From the NCBI GenBank assembly GCA_025594325.1, contig JANHCV010000013.1, positions 496,001 to 560,000 on the forward strand: a DNA stretch of 64,000 bases, given 5' to 3'. A model generated the notes under the pieces. The model had not been told where the DNA came from. It was given only the letters and a program-made list of their open reading frames with translations, and did no database searches. Below are positions 48,244 to 60,720 of this stretch, in pieces. How positions within the stretch are numbered: position 1 is the stretch's first letter; each line of letters begins with the position of its first letter. The DNA is from Blastocladiella emersonii ATCC 22665. Taxonomy: Eukaryota > Fungi > Blastocladiomycota. The translations under genes were made by a program, and so were the position numbers.

Positions 48244-49069
48244 CTACACAGCTGATGGGGCAAGTCGCAGCAACTCAGCGACGTACACAGCTGTAAAGCC
48301 CGTAAGAAAGGCGAGCTGAATGACCTTGAGGTTCGTGAAAACCAAGTCAAGCGCTCCATCAGGATATGGCGTAGCGAGGCACTGCGGGGACGTTGAACAC
48401 GGGAAACCGGCAGTTGATTGCGGCAAGGAATCCAAGGTAAATCAAAGGAGTTGTGGCTCATCAGCCGGCTGGGTCCACTGCAGCCGGGTCTCAAACAGCG
48501 TAGGGCACTGGCTAGCGAAGGTGCTGAGACGCGTATCGAGGTGCGGAATGCAAGTGGCCTTGATCGCACATGCCGCAACAAGAAGGAGAGCTACGATGGG
48601 ATGCTGGAATAGTCAAACGAGGTACTGAGAGCTCGCGCACTTGATCAAGTCGTACAGATATTCTGCGATGCAATCTGGCTCCTGGCAACAGTCCAAGTGG
48701 TGGCGCAAGGCACGGGTTTCAATGTAGTCGGTAAAGACTAGAGGGTGCTCGTCGAAAGGCTTCGGGGGACGCAAGCAGAGTTGGGGTCGCGCGAAATGCG
48801 GGCTGTTGCAGCTGGAGTCAGGGCGAGGGTGAAGCTTGTCTGGCAACGCCCGAGAACGCGTGCTCTCCTCAGGCGCAAAGTTGACAAAGGCTCTGAATCA
48901 TGAAAGAAGAGCAGGCGCAAGTATTCTCAACTGTCGAGCCCGGGAAGTGCGACGCGGCGAGGGCAGCGGATCGCGGGCGGGCCAGCTTGAGGGCGGCGAC
49001 GGCAAACTTGGCTGGAAGGTCTGGAAAGCATAAATCCAGCATGCTGATGTTCCGCCGAATGGTTTGCAT
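48244..49069 (-). pseudogene. Family A relic A9 (A1-like N- and C-termini, centre largely deleted)
   Basis: MLDLCFPDLPAKFAVAALKLARPRSA matches the A1 N-terminus, and PDGALDLVF...AELLRLAPS matches the A1 C-terminus (PDGALDLIL...AELARLAPS). The span is only about 830 bp versus about 2200 bp for A1. Confidence 0.7.
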
Positions 49070-49193
49070 GGAGTCTTACATGGAACTGGCGAAAGTGTGG
49101 GCGGTGCTGGCGGGCGGCGAGGAAGGAGAACGGACGCCACTTCGGCGGTTTCCACGCTTCAGCTCTCGCTCCCCCCTTCCCTCTCCGCACCCT

Positions 49194-51708
49194 ATGCCTC
49201 TCAACATGGAATCGGATGAAAGAACTTCTTGCATTGCGCGCCTGGACCTCGAGCCGTTCGGACTTGCGGACCTGCCCGTCGAGCTGGTCAGCCACGTTCT
49301 GCAGCTGGCCATGCCGCGACCCGCCGTCCCGCTTGCGACGAGCTGCCTCGCTGTGGCGGCAGCCGAATCCGACACCCAGTGGGTCTGGCGGTGCACTTAC
49401 ATGCTGCGGCCCGACTTGTGCGGGTGGGCCGACCTGCATCCATGTGACGACGACTATTGTCCCTGCGCCGACTTGGACGCCGACACCGATTACCACTCTC
49501 GAATCAGCCCGCATGACGATATGCCGCTTACTCCTTACTTGCACCATCTTGCCTGCCGTGAACGGATCGCAGCCTCGCGCCGCGAGACGGACCAGGCTCG
49601 CTGGCTTCAGGCGGCGGACGTATTTGACGAGCCAACCGTCGCTCGCATCATCGCGAGATTTTTGGACGATAATATCGACTCAATCTCAAGAGACGAGTTT
49701 TCCGACTGGATCGACGAGGTCGGGCAGGTGGCTGAAGCCGGATGCCTGCCGGAACTTCTCGAGTACGCTATCGTGCCTCACTTTTTTGTCTTGCGCCAGC
49801 TGGCCATTGTCTTTGCTGCCCAGGGCCGTATCAACGTTCTTTCTCTTGTGCTGGACAAGCTGTCGATGTACCCGGAGCCTTCGCATAACCTCCCGCTGAT
49901 TGCATGGTCAAGCTTGGAGCTTCACTGGCAGCGTTCGAACCACGTTGTCGGGTGTTTCTTCGCATCGGAGCAACCGCCCACCTTCTTTCTTCATCTCGTG
50001 TTCGTGGCAATCAAGTGGTGGCGACCCGAGGTCCTCGAGTTCCTTGAGCAACCTTGCTTTGGGATCCGCCGCGAAATGTTTGCCAATTTCGACTTCGCGT
50101 CACTCATCCGAAGCTCGTGCGATCCTTCAATTCCTAACAAGGTAGTCATCGAGACGCTATCGTGGCTCGTTGGGGGGTGTGGGGAGCGGCTCGATCGTCA
50201 AGAGGTGCCCTTCCTCGCCAATCTTCTCGCTGGGCGTGCAAGTCCGGAATGTACCGCTCTTGTGGTTCGGCAATTCGATAGTTACCCTGGCGTTCCGGTC
50301 TATCCCAAAGTGGTCCGGGCGGAGCTTGCAGCTGCGATGCTTGGCGGAACAGACTGGGACGCACTTGATAACATCCTTGTCGCGGGTGACCTTGGTGATC
50401 TCGGCCCACATCGAGGGATTCTGCTTGAAATTTCTGAGCGCGGCATGTTGAATAGTCAGCAAAGTGCGCGTATGCTTTTGATTGCGATTCGCGCCAACAA
50501 CGGCGACCTCGGCGTTGTGGTACCTTTTATCCGTTTGAACGAGTTTTTGGACGTCCTCCAGAGCGGTACGATACTTGATCGCAACGTGACGACGTCACGA
50601 TCGCTAATGTACGATACGCTTGCAACTAGCTATGGTGCTTGTGACCAAAGCTGCTAAGGCGCAGATGTCAAACCCTCCTGCGGCTCTGGCTGGCGCACCT
50701 AGCCCTTGGGATGAAATGCTTGAAGTTCTTCTCCTGGCTTTACACAACAACCTCGATCTCACGGTGCTCCTCAACCGCCACGTGCTCACAACCCTAAAGC
50801 AAACCACCATGCTTTCTGATGTTTTGGCGCTCTTGGACAGCTATGGCGCTGTGCCGTTTATTCTCAACGCAAGCCAACTCCCGCTTTATATGCGGTCGTC
50901 TTGGCTCGAGTACTCTTTGCCGGACATCATGCTCCCGCTTCTCGTTGCCCTCCTGTGCGACCCTCGCACGGCACCATCAACGATTGCGCGGCTTGCTCAG
51001 CCGCAAGAGGGGAATGCGCGGCTTCAAGTTGCGCATCGGTACTTCTTCCCTCTGCTCCATTCTGAAACTCGCAATCGCGCGCTTGGAAACGTGGTTGCAA
51101 GCACTCCCTTGAGCGGACGCGGCGTGCGGACGCAATCCCGATCCCAGTCCACCCTCGGACAATCCAGACCCGCAACTCAGGACTGCTGGACCATGGACGC
51201 GTACTTTGATTTGTATCCGCCCAAGTCCTTCTCACGTGAGGACGTTCTCGACCTTCCCGTGTTGGGAGCCTCGGCCGAACCAAATGGTAAGCCAATCAAG
51301 CTTGAACCACGAGCGCATCCCAAAACCCCAAACCTGCCGCCCGCCGATCTTCCCAACCCGACTTGGGCTCCGTGGCAGTACGCGGTACACGTCTTCCTCA
51401 CCAAGGTTCCGGGTTTTATGCAACGCAGTCAAACCATTATTCCCATGGCTGTGCGCGAGGTGTTGTTTTCTTCTGACGCGCTGCTCGTGGCTTATGAACA
51501 GCGTCGCGACGAACTTGCACGCGGCTTGCGTGGGCCTGGCATAGACATGGCGTGGATCATTGAGCAACTGTACCACGCGGCCCCAAAGTTCATTCTCAAT
51601 GAGCTTATTGGGGTCTCGCGTACAAGTCCACCACACGTACTGCGGATGCTCCCACGCGTGGCGTTTGACCAGGCAAGCGGAAAAGCGGGACGTGTTGGCA
51701 GGGCCTAA
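49194..51708 (+). CDS. Family A copy A6 (same subfamily as A5), about 816 aa, 2 exons
   Basis: Exons 49194-50565 and 50630-51708, with intron GTACGA..GCTAAT..CTAG giving VLQS-A-MVLVT. Clear similarity to A5 throughout. Confidence 0.82.
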
Positions 51709-52319
51709 GAGTCGCGAAACGACCAGCGAGTGATGGAATATAGTGCCTTGTTCGCCCTCCGCGCACCCCAACGCTTTTCTGGGTCTGAATGCCGTGAGCA
51801 CGGTTTAGAACCCAGTCTTAACACTTTCCGGTCATTAATATTGCATAATCGATGAGTGAGCTTCCGGAGACGAGGTCGTAGACGACCGTTCAGTGTTGAA
51901 GCGCAGCTTATGTCTGCCCTCCCTCATTACCCGGACGTTTGTGGGCTTCGCGAGTCCAGGTTATGGGCGGTAGCTTCAGCACGTTATACGGGTATGATGG
52001 AGAAGGCGTATAGGTAGACTGAGCTGTATGGTCTCGAGGCAACCGTTCCGCGTTCGACTCCTGTTGACGCGTTGCACATGCTGAAAGTGGATTCTGGTTC
52101 GTCCCGGCGCCCGCCACTCACCCTTTTTTTTCGCTTGAAAAAAGCTCCTTCTTGAAAGATTTTCAACCTAGGAATAATGATTGACGTCAACTTGCGGGAG
52201 CTGCAACGTGCCGATGGACGCGTTGCGCCACTCACGTGACCGAGGGCTTGCCGCGGGGCGCGAAGCCTGGTTGCCTGGCTGCGTTCGCGCGAATACCGGG
52301 GCATTTGCGCGCCGTGCGC

Positions 52320-54034
52320 GTACTTGCAGCCGTTGATACCTTGCGATTGAGCTGAAAGGCTCCGTACGACGTGCGCGGCCTTGCTCAGTATGCCCGCGTC
52401 CTTCCGCAAGCACGGATTCCCAACGTGGTCCGAGCCATCTTGACCCGGTCGCCCATCTTGTCCCTGGACTCTGCGGGCGGTCGCGGTGCCGTCCAGGTGC
52501 TCGAAAAGTGGCGCTCGTCGGGCCTCCTGATTGTGGGCGCCGAGACCACCATCAGTCAGGCGCTGCTGAGTTCTCTCGAATCCATGGAGTGGTGGGCAGC
52601 CTCGGGCTTCCCCCTCAATCTGCCGTCAGTCTCAGCCAATGGTCCGCTTTAAGCCGGGGTTCAACGCATGACTCTTGCTCGCTTTTCCACGCTTTTCCCG
52701 AACTTAATACGTGCGATCTGACTCCATGGAGCACCGAGCAGCGGCTGACCTGCGTTCGTAGCCGCAACCTCCTGTCGAATCCCCGCACGCGACGGTTCTT
52801 GATGCCACATCTGACATTGCCCAAGGGCGTGTGACCGAGGAGAAATTCCACAACCAGCACTTCTCGCTCGCAGCTGTCGCCGACCTTAACAAGGCCATGG
52901 CGAGCCCGGAACAGGTTCTTACTTCGCTCAAGATCAATCATTGCGCGAACAACTTCCAACGCCTCGCGATGCTCCGCTTCCCCAAATCTCTGACCCGTCT
53001 TGAGTGTCTTCGGGGTTGGCTCAGTTTTTCTTCTATCTGCGGCCATCCCGAGACGTGGTCCTGGCCGCCGGACCTCGAATCGCTCGCAATTTTGTCCCTC
53101 GCACCTCGGAGCTGCACGGCTCGGGTCTCCCAATCGCTTCCCGCCAGACTTCGCTCGCTGTCGTTTTGCGACATCGCGTTCGAACTCAACGTTCACGCAT
53201 ACCTCACGTCGCTCCCGCAGGCGCTTGCGCACTTGATGATCGCCCGCTGCAACCTCAACGAAGCGGCCCTTATTGCCTTGATCACGCATCTCCCTCCTGC
53301 GCTCGTCTCTCTCGATATCAGCGGTAACCACCTGACGGCGTCGCTGCTGGGCTCGTTCCTCGAGTATATGCCGCCCACGCTCCGCGCACTCAATCCATCC
53401 AGCCGATACTTGCCCGTCGCACCGACCAGCACATCGCTCACCTGGTCGTTTCCGACCCAGCTCGAATTGGCTCGACTTGAAAAGGTGCGCGCAATATCAT
53501 GCTGAAATGCCCCAGTCCGGCAGCTATGCCAACACGCTTCCGCAGCGCGAGTTCCTCGCCCTGGTTGCCGCGTCGCTTTTGCTTAACCTCGTCTATCTCA
53601 ACTTTGGCCACAACCAGTTCATCCGCGAAGCGGACGAGATGACGTACTCCCCGATGGCGATTCTTGGTCCGCGCCTGCCTCATTCTCTGCACACACTAGT
53701 TCTTTCTATGACCCTTCTCGGGCCCATTGGCGCGCAGCTTCTCGCCGAGTCCATGCCGCCGGTGCTCGATGTCCTTGGACTTTGGGTGACGGGTCTCGAT
53801 GACGAGGCTCTGATCCATCTCGCGCCCGCTCTCACCCGCACGCTCAAGAACGTGTCGCTGGAGTGCAACCCGTTCACTGACACTGGCGCGGCGCTCCTCG
53901 CCGAACACCTGCCCGACGAGCGAGATGAGCTCTCCGTCAACTGGGTTCAGCTGAGCGACGAATCCATGGACTCGCTGCGCGCCAAGGTGTCCTCAACTGG
54001 CCAGTGTGAGAACGGCTTTGAGCTGCCTTTCTGA
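52320..54034 (+). pseudogene. Family D copy D3 (ankyrin-like + LRR), disabled
   Basis: LDSAGGRGAVQVLEKWRSSGL and LRRs are present. Lesions: in-frame TGA at 52353-55, no nearby ATG, a frameshift near 52650, an apparently mutated donor (ATACGT) and a frameshift near 53490. Confidence 0.8.
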
Positions 54035-54175
54035 GTCAAATCTGTGGGTCCATGTCGTGTGTTGAAGACGCTGTACGTTCCTATCGATTGAATTTGCATC
54101 CATGTCGTACGCACGCGATTGAAACTAGGATTAGGAGAGTGTATGACGAACGAACAAAACAACAACCATTTATGA

Positions 54176-56539
54176 TTACGACGAGTAAGCTGGCCGCCGC
54201 TTGAACCTTTTCTGCAGCTGGTCGTCCTGCCTCGCCGACTTGAGCGGGCTGAAGTGCCATCCCGAGACGCGAATTAACTCGGTCATCTGCTCAAGCTGGA
54301 CTCCGGGAGTCCTCTTTCCAAGTTCTCTGACACGATCAAACGTCATCCGACCATGTAAGGCCTCGTCGGGAATCTTGTGCGTAAGGATTGGCGAGGCAGG
54401 CCACAGCACAACGAGAAGGTCCGCAACGAGCTGCGGCGACTTGGAGATCACCGCGTTTACCACGAACGATGTGGTGGTACTTGCAGGGTCCGTCAAACAA
54501 CACGTGTTTGAGCGTTCAAGGTCAAGGGCAATCTCATGCGAAGCCTTGACGGAAGCAAAGAAAGCCAAGAAAAATGGCGAAAAGTCGGCGGCTGGGTCAA
54601 TCAAGTCCAAAAGCAAAGTGAAAGAATCGCGCCAAGCGGCCTGATACGAGAGCGGGCAGTTGGGGCACACAGTCAAGCTGGGCACGGTTGGGAAGACGAG
54701 GTCGTTGTGCGACGCAAAGTACGAGGCAAGCATTGCGCACAAAAGCGACATGGCCGTGTTGGAGTTGCGCACGAGATCCAGGGAGCGCGCCCTGGTTTCC
54801 TCATGCGCAAGGAGCGAAGTGGCGAGCCAAGAGATTGCATGGGAAACCGTTGCCGACGGGAAGCCAAGCTTATCCGGCGTGGCAGGAAGAAGTCACAACA
54901 CGACGCTGAAGACATCGGCCTGATCCGCAGTTGGCTGCTCTGCGCCAAGGAGCGCCGAAATGAGTCCAAAGCGTTTGTGTGAAGCCAGTTTGTTGAAATG
55001 TTCAGCACCAAAGTGATCAATTGAGTTGGCTGAACCTGATTCGTGTGCAAGGTAAATCACGCCATCCAAGACGCAGGGCTCAAAGCGCGATTCCGAGCAA
55101 GTCTTGTTGAATACTAGACACGAAAAAAACGGTCGCCGTTAGCTCACCACTGATGGAAGGGATTCGCGTGGGAGGAGCGTACGCTTGACGAGGGTCTCGT
55201 TCCAGAGTGGTGGGTTGTGTTCAAGGGCCAAACGAATCGCTAAAACCTGAGTCGTTTGGTCGTGGCGAAGCGCGTCGTCGAGCGCAGACACAAAGTAAAA
55301 CGACTCAAGCAGCCCAGTAGGAAGGAGATGAATGACGCGATCAACTAGATACAGCTGATCCGAGTAAAACTTGGTGATCTCGTTTGCAAACTTTGATCGA
55401 TCCAGACGCTCCAAGTCCTCCTCGACCTGTTTGGGGAAGCCTTCAACAAGCAGTGCCAAGGCTTGCGGGTACGTCCTGGCAATTTGGTGTAGAGTTTCGT
55501 AGTCACCGTTTGAAACGCAGCATGCCCAGCCGCGTGAATAAAGCCACCCAAAGACGGCAGCAACACACTTGCACGATGGAGTGAAAGTTGGCTTCCTGTA
55601 AAGTCCGAGCAGCCAGCGTGAAGAATATTTCATGGAGAAAGCCTCCGCCAGCTTCTCTTGCTGAACGGCGTAGCGAGGGCGGGAGACCGTTTCCAGCGAG
55701 GCAATTTGCCAGGAGCCAACCGCGGCAAAAGCAAGGACATAGGTGAAACGAGCTGGGTACTTGCAAAACGCGAAAACGATGCCGGCATCGTCCGCACTTC
55801 CAAGGTCGCGGACGGAGATAGTGTTCGCCCAATCAGACCAGTCATGGGTGAGCGTAAGAAGCTGCGGGCAGGTGGACTTGATGTCCGCAAAAACGGACTC
55901 AATGATGCCGCTTTGGCCCATTGCTACCGCGTAGACCGCGACTAGAACAAGCAGGGCAAGTGGATGCCGATTAAGCTGACTCGTGGAGTCTGATTTAGCA
56001 CTGTCGATGATTGCGCGGAAGTCAAACGGCACTACTTGGTCGGTTTTTGGCGGCGGATCGTGGAAAATGGCGTGAGAACCCGCGCAAGCAACGAGCGCTC
56101 GCATGAAAGACTGAGCGCACTGAAAGTGGAAGTAGAATAGCGATCGCTCGTTTTCCTCCTCTGAGGCACGCATAAGCTGTTCCCACCGGGAGTGGAGAAC
56201 AGCGGCTAGGTTGGACCAAAGGCCGCCGGGTTGCTCAGTGCTGCTTTCAGTCAAATGAGCAGCCGTGCGCCCGCCCGCGTGGGCGACGGTGCTTGAATCC
56301 ACATAGCAAGCCAAGTCTGCGTTGGTCAAAGAGCGCAAAATTTCGCGAATGATCCAGGTTGAGAGAGCACCCGTGCTCGAAGCCATGGTAGATAGAGCTC
56401 GAGAGGCAAGTGCAAGCGCGGAGCGAGGCCGCGCGAGTCGTAGGATCGTGCCCAGTAGTTCGGGCGGGAAGTTGGCAAAGCCCGCGGCCCTCGCCCTTAA
56501 CCTTGAAGAGCGCCAAGTCGGTTGCATGGAGTGTTTCAT
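54176..56539 (-). pseudogene. Family A copy A7, one in-frame TGA
   Basis: Exons 56539-55183 and 55113-54176, intron GTACGC..GCTAAC..TCTAG. TGA at 54895-54893 lies where A8 has Cys (VVL*LLP vs IVLCLLP). Motifs CPNCPLSYQAAWRDSF, NTCC. Confidence 0.75.
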
Positions 56540-56730
56540 GGAAGTGACGAAAAATGCTTCATGGAGTGCCGTGCGAAGGGAGCTGGAATTGGGGGCTGAG
56601 CAGCGGCGTCCAATTTGGCTTGCACGTGGCGGTGGCGCCACGTGGTGCGCCAGCCGCGCGGTTGCCATGCACCGCCCCGTCGCGTTCTCCCTCCCGCGCC
56701 CCTTCCGATATCTCAAGCCATCGACGATTG

Positions 56731-56790
56731 TTCGAATGAAGAGCTGATGCAACGCGCGCTGCTACAGTTATCGTTCAAGGTCATTGGACC
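56731..56790 (+). pseudogene. Possible 5' relic of a family D gene, head-to-head with A7
   Basis: TCGAATGAA-GAGCTGATGCAACGCG resembles the D1 start (TCGAATGAAG...GAGCTGATAGAGCGCG), and lies about 190 bp from the A7 ATG, the same spacing as the other A/D pairs. Confidence 0.35.
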
Positions 56791-57483
56791 GATCCGTCGC
56801 AGTCGTCCAAGCCTGTAGCCCGCTCTAATCAAGCGGCACAGGTGCCTTGCGCTTCGTTCTTGAATCGTTTTCAGCTACATAACAGAATTGCTTGGGAGCA
56901 GCTCTACACTAGACTTGTTTCTGAGCAGAGTGTGGAAGGTCGATGACCTTCTGGTCCTCTGAAAGCCCACGCTCCCTCCCTGTTTGCTTGCCGTAGATCA
57001 TCCGTAAATCATAAGCCAATCCGCTTCCCGCGCCCGATTTCCCCGCGTTGCGAGCAATAAAATCCAGGCCGCAGGCTTGAATCTCCGGCGTGATTAGCTG
57101 CTTGATCTGGTCAGCCGCGAGGGCTTGTCCATTTGGCAAGCGCGGGCGACGCCGCTGCCTCGCTCAAAATTTATTGCGGGCCATGTCTACCCCGTACCCA
57201 GAACGACGCGATTGGTGCACAATGTGTAGCATCCTTCCTTGACGCAATAGTAGCTCTCACGTGGTCATTTGGCGCTCTTTCAGATGCTGCTGCGACCCAA
57301 CCATAGCCCCTCAAGTTCTTGGCAAATGGTTTGCCTAAACTTGGTTGATCGCGTCACGATTGCCCCAGCCACTGGTCCATGTCTGACTGCACTGCCACGC
57401 TGCAAGTGTTCACCTGCTTTACTGAACAACGGTGGTATGTACGATACAACGTGTTTGGGACACGAAACGACGCATGGGCGCGA

Positions 57484-60400
57484 TCACAGCGAAGGCGCTG
57501 GCCGCCGCCCAAACTTCTTGCACAGGTTGTGATCCCGCTCGGCAAGGACGCAATCGGGAAGCTTGAAGTACTTCCCTGAGATGCGCATCATCTCCAGAAT
57601 GTGCTCGTGCTTTGCCCGAGGGAAGCGATCGACCAAGCAAAGATACAAGATGTTCATGATCCAATACAGCGCCTAGCTGGGAATCGTTCGCGTTAAGATC
57701 GGCGAGACTGGCCACAGTGCAAAGATCAGATCTTTGAGCAGTCGAGGCGCCTTGGCCCCCATCACGTTCGAAATGAAGGATGGCGCCGTGTCGGCCGGGT
57801 CCTGAGCGCAGCACGCGTTGGCGAGCTCATGCTGCAACGCAAGATCGTGTGGAGGGCGGACAGAATGTAAATAGGCTCGGAGGAACGGCCACTTGGTGCT
57901 GCTTGAGTCGCTCAGCTCAAAGAGTGCGAGAAACCCATCACGCCAAGCAGGTTGGTATGAGAGCGGACAGTCTGGGCAGGCCGTGAATCCGGGCACGGTC
58001 GAGAAAACGAGATCGATGCGCGAGGAAAAGTGGGCGGCGAGCATTGCGCACAGGAGTGGCTCGGCCGCGCCAAAGTCCACTACGCCAGCGGCCCAACTTG
58101 TGCACGGCGCGCGCGCTCACCAACCGACCAATCAGCGTTAAGGGTAGTCCACGATTTTATTGGTCGGCTTGCGCCACATCTGACCCCATGACCCGCCCGA
58201 CGCGCCGCGCCACCCCGATTTAGCATCCGCCAGCTCACCCCGCACCGCACGCCGGCCCGATCCGCACCGCCGCCGCACGAACACGTTTTCGGCGCCGGAA
58301 TCTTAGTCAGGCACCGGCCCGAGCGCCGCCGCCGCCGGCTCGACGACGATCGACGATGACCGGCGAGGGCGTTGGCGAGCGGCAGAGTCCTTGACGACGA
58401 CGAGGACACGAAGTTGAGGGCACCGTAGCGGACGACCTGGACGAGGAGTGAGGAGCGAGGCGCGGTGGTCAGTGATCGTGTCCTGCGTGCGCGGCGTGAG
58501 AGAGCGAGGGGGCGTACCTGAGCGTGGAGGGCGGACGGGCGCGGTGACGGCGGCCGGTTCAAGGTAACTACAGACGAGCAGGGCGACGTCAGCGTGCGTC
58601 GCGGCGGCGCGGTGGACGCGGACGACGTACCTGGAACGGCCGACGATCAGGGACGCGGTGCGGGCATGGTCGAGATCTACGCGTTGCGAGCGGGCGGGGA
58701 TGAACGTCAGCATCAGCGTGGAGCGCGTCGCGGGGCGGGCGAGGCAGGCGACGGGGACGCGCGAGGCATACATAGGGATGATGAACGGCCGGCGAGGGCC
58801 GCTGTGAGGAGAAGAATGTGGAGGCAGCAGCGGCCCTCTCTTTATAGCCGGCGGCCGGCGGGCGGGGGCGGGCGGGGCGGGGGTCGGTGCCCGGCGTAGC
58901 GGCGCAGCGAGCGGGGTCGCTCGGCGGGGGTGGATAGCCCCATATTGCGCCTCGCCGTGTGCACCGACCGCAGCCGTCGCTCACCCCCGCCGCGCTTCTC
59001 GCCTCACTATCCCTCGTACCCGTGGCGCCTCGACCCAGACGGCTCAGAAAAAACTTTCACGGACAAGCTTAATCGTATCCCGAGCCCCGCGACGGTGCCC
59101 GGCGCGCTCTGCGGCCAGTCGCGCGCGGCAACGCGGCCTCCAAGCAGCCCGCCCGCGTCGCGGCGACGCCCTCGGGCGCGGGACGGGCGGCGGCGGTAGC
59201 AGATGATGCACACGGTCTGTCTCACGCGTCCGATAGTGCGTGGGTCGTGGTGGTGAGCTAGTAGACGGCCTAGAGCTCGCCGCGCGCGCGAGCCATGGCC
59301 ATGGCCACGGCCACGGTCCACCCACCACGCGCTCGGCGCGCAGCACGGCGTCGTCCCGCTGCTTCGCGAGCGTCAAGAGATGCTGCGGGGTGCCCGTCCC
59401 GCCGCGGTCCCGCGCCAGCGCTAGTCGCGCGCCGCGGCCGCGACCCGCTTCGCCGCCGCGATGCGTGGTTTGGAGCGGCCCAAATCGACCGCCACTGCGA
59501 GGGCGCACAGCTAGCACCCTCTCGGGGAGTCGTGTGCGGTACGGAGCTCACCCCGTCGTCTCGGGCAGCAGCCGTGTCCGAGTCCGGCTCGACCGTGGCG
59601 GTGCGTGCGCGTCGCGAGTGCGAGCGGGCGACCTGAGTCGTTCCCACGGTGGCGGGCTAGTGGCGCGGGGACCACGTCAAGCGTCGGGCGCCCTGCGTCG
59701 TCGTCGCCCGTCGCCGCGCGCGGCGCACTCAGCTACGGCCGCCGCGGGCGGAACGGTGGCTCCCGCCCGACGCAACAGATGCGCCGAGCTCACGGCGGCA
59801 GGATAGACTCGTTTGGGTGATGAAGAACTTCGTATATTGCTGGTGCTTCGCGAGCGAGGGCCGCGGCCGACTGACACGGCGAGGCGAGGCAGCGCCCGCC
59901 CTACGCCGGGCGAGGGCCGGGCTCGGCGGCAGCGATACATGAGAGTGCATAGAGTGTGGAGTTGCGTAGACGAAGCGTGTGCGACCACGAGGGGGAGCGC
60001 GAGAGAGAGGGGAGAGGGGGAGCGGGCAGCGGCGAGGCGGCCGCGGGGCTGAGCAGCGCGGAAAACGCTAAGTCCCGAGCCGCACTGCGGCAGCCCGCCC
60101 TGAAGGGAAACGGAGAGCGAGGGAAAAAGAAAATTGATTTTCAGCCGGCGCCCAGCTTGCGCCCAGCTCACCGCGGCGGTGCGGTGGAGCGATGTGGCGC
60201 AACGCCTGCAGCTCCGCGCGCGCTGATTGGCTGGCTCCCCGGCCGCCAGCTTGTTCACAAGTGGGGCCGCAAGCGTAGTGGTCGCACACAAGGCCCAGCG
60301 CGCGCGACTTGGTATCCTGCGTCGCGACTACCGAGGTGACAAGCCAAGAAATCGCATGATTAACGACCGCAGAAGGCTTCCCGATCGCGGTCAAATCCAT

Positions 60401-60720
60401 GGGAAGCAGACACAATACAATGTTGAAGACATCAAGCCGCTCTGCGGTTGGCTGCTCGGCGCCAAGGAGAAGAGAAATGACGCTGAAGCGCTTGACAGCG
60501 TCGCCCTCCGCAAAAAAGTCGATGCCAAAGGTAGCGATAAGGCTGGGCGATCCGGTCATGCGCGTGAGGTGAAGCACTTTGTCCAGGAAGTTGGAATTGG
60601 CGTACGAATCAAGACGGGGTTGCTTGAATACTAACCGTGAAGCGAGAGTCAGCGAACACTTCGAGTCCAGATGGATCAAACAAGATGTACGTCCAGTCGG
60701 GAAGAACGTTGTTAACCGAC
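57484..60720 (-). pseudogene. Family A copy A8: last exon only, interrupted by a CACTA element and a TAG
   Basis: Acceptor at 60631. Removing the element restores LVCD-FGAAEPLLCAM, colinear with A7 LVRNSNTAMSLLCAM. TAG at 57675-57673. Motifs CPDCPLSYQPAWRD, NACC. The F-box-containing exon was not found upstream. Confidence 0.8.
58078..60280. mobile_element. Non-autonomous CACTA (En/Spm) element, 2203 bp
   Basis: Starts CACTACGC, ends GCGTAGTG, with about 28 bp of imperfect TIR, a further inverted CCAATCAGCG block and a 3-bp TSD GTC (58075-77, 60281-83). Confidence 0.9.
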
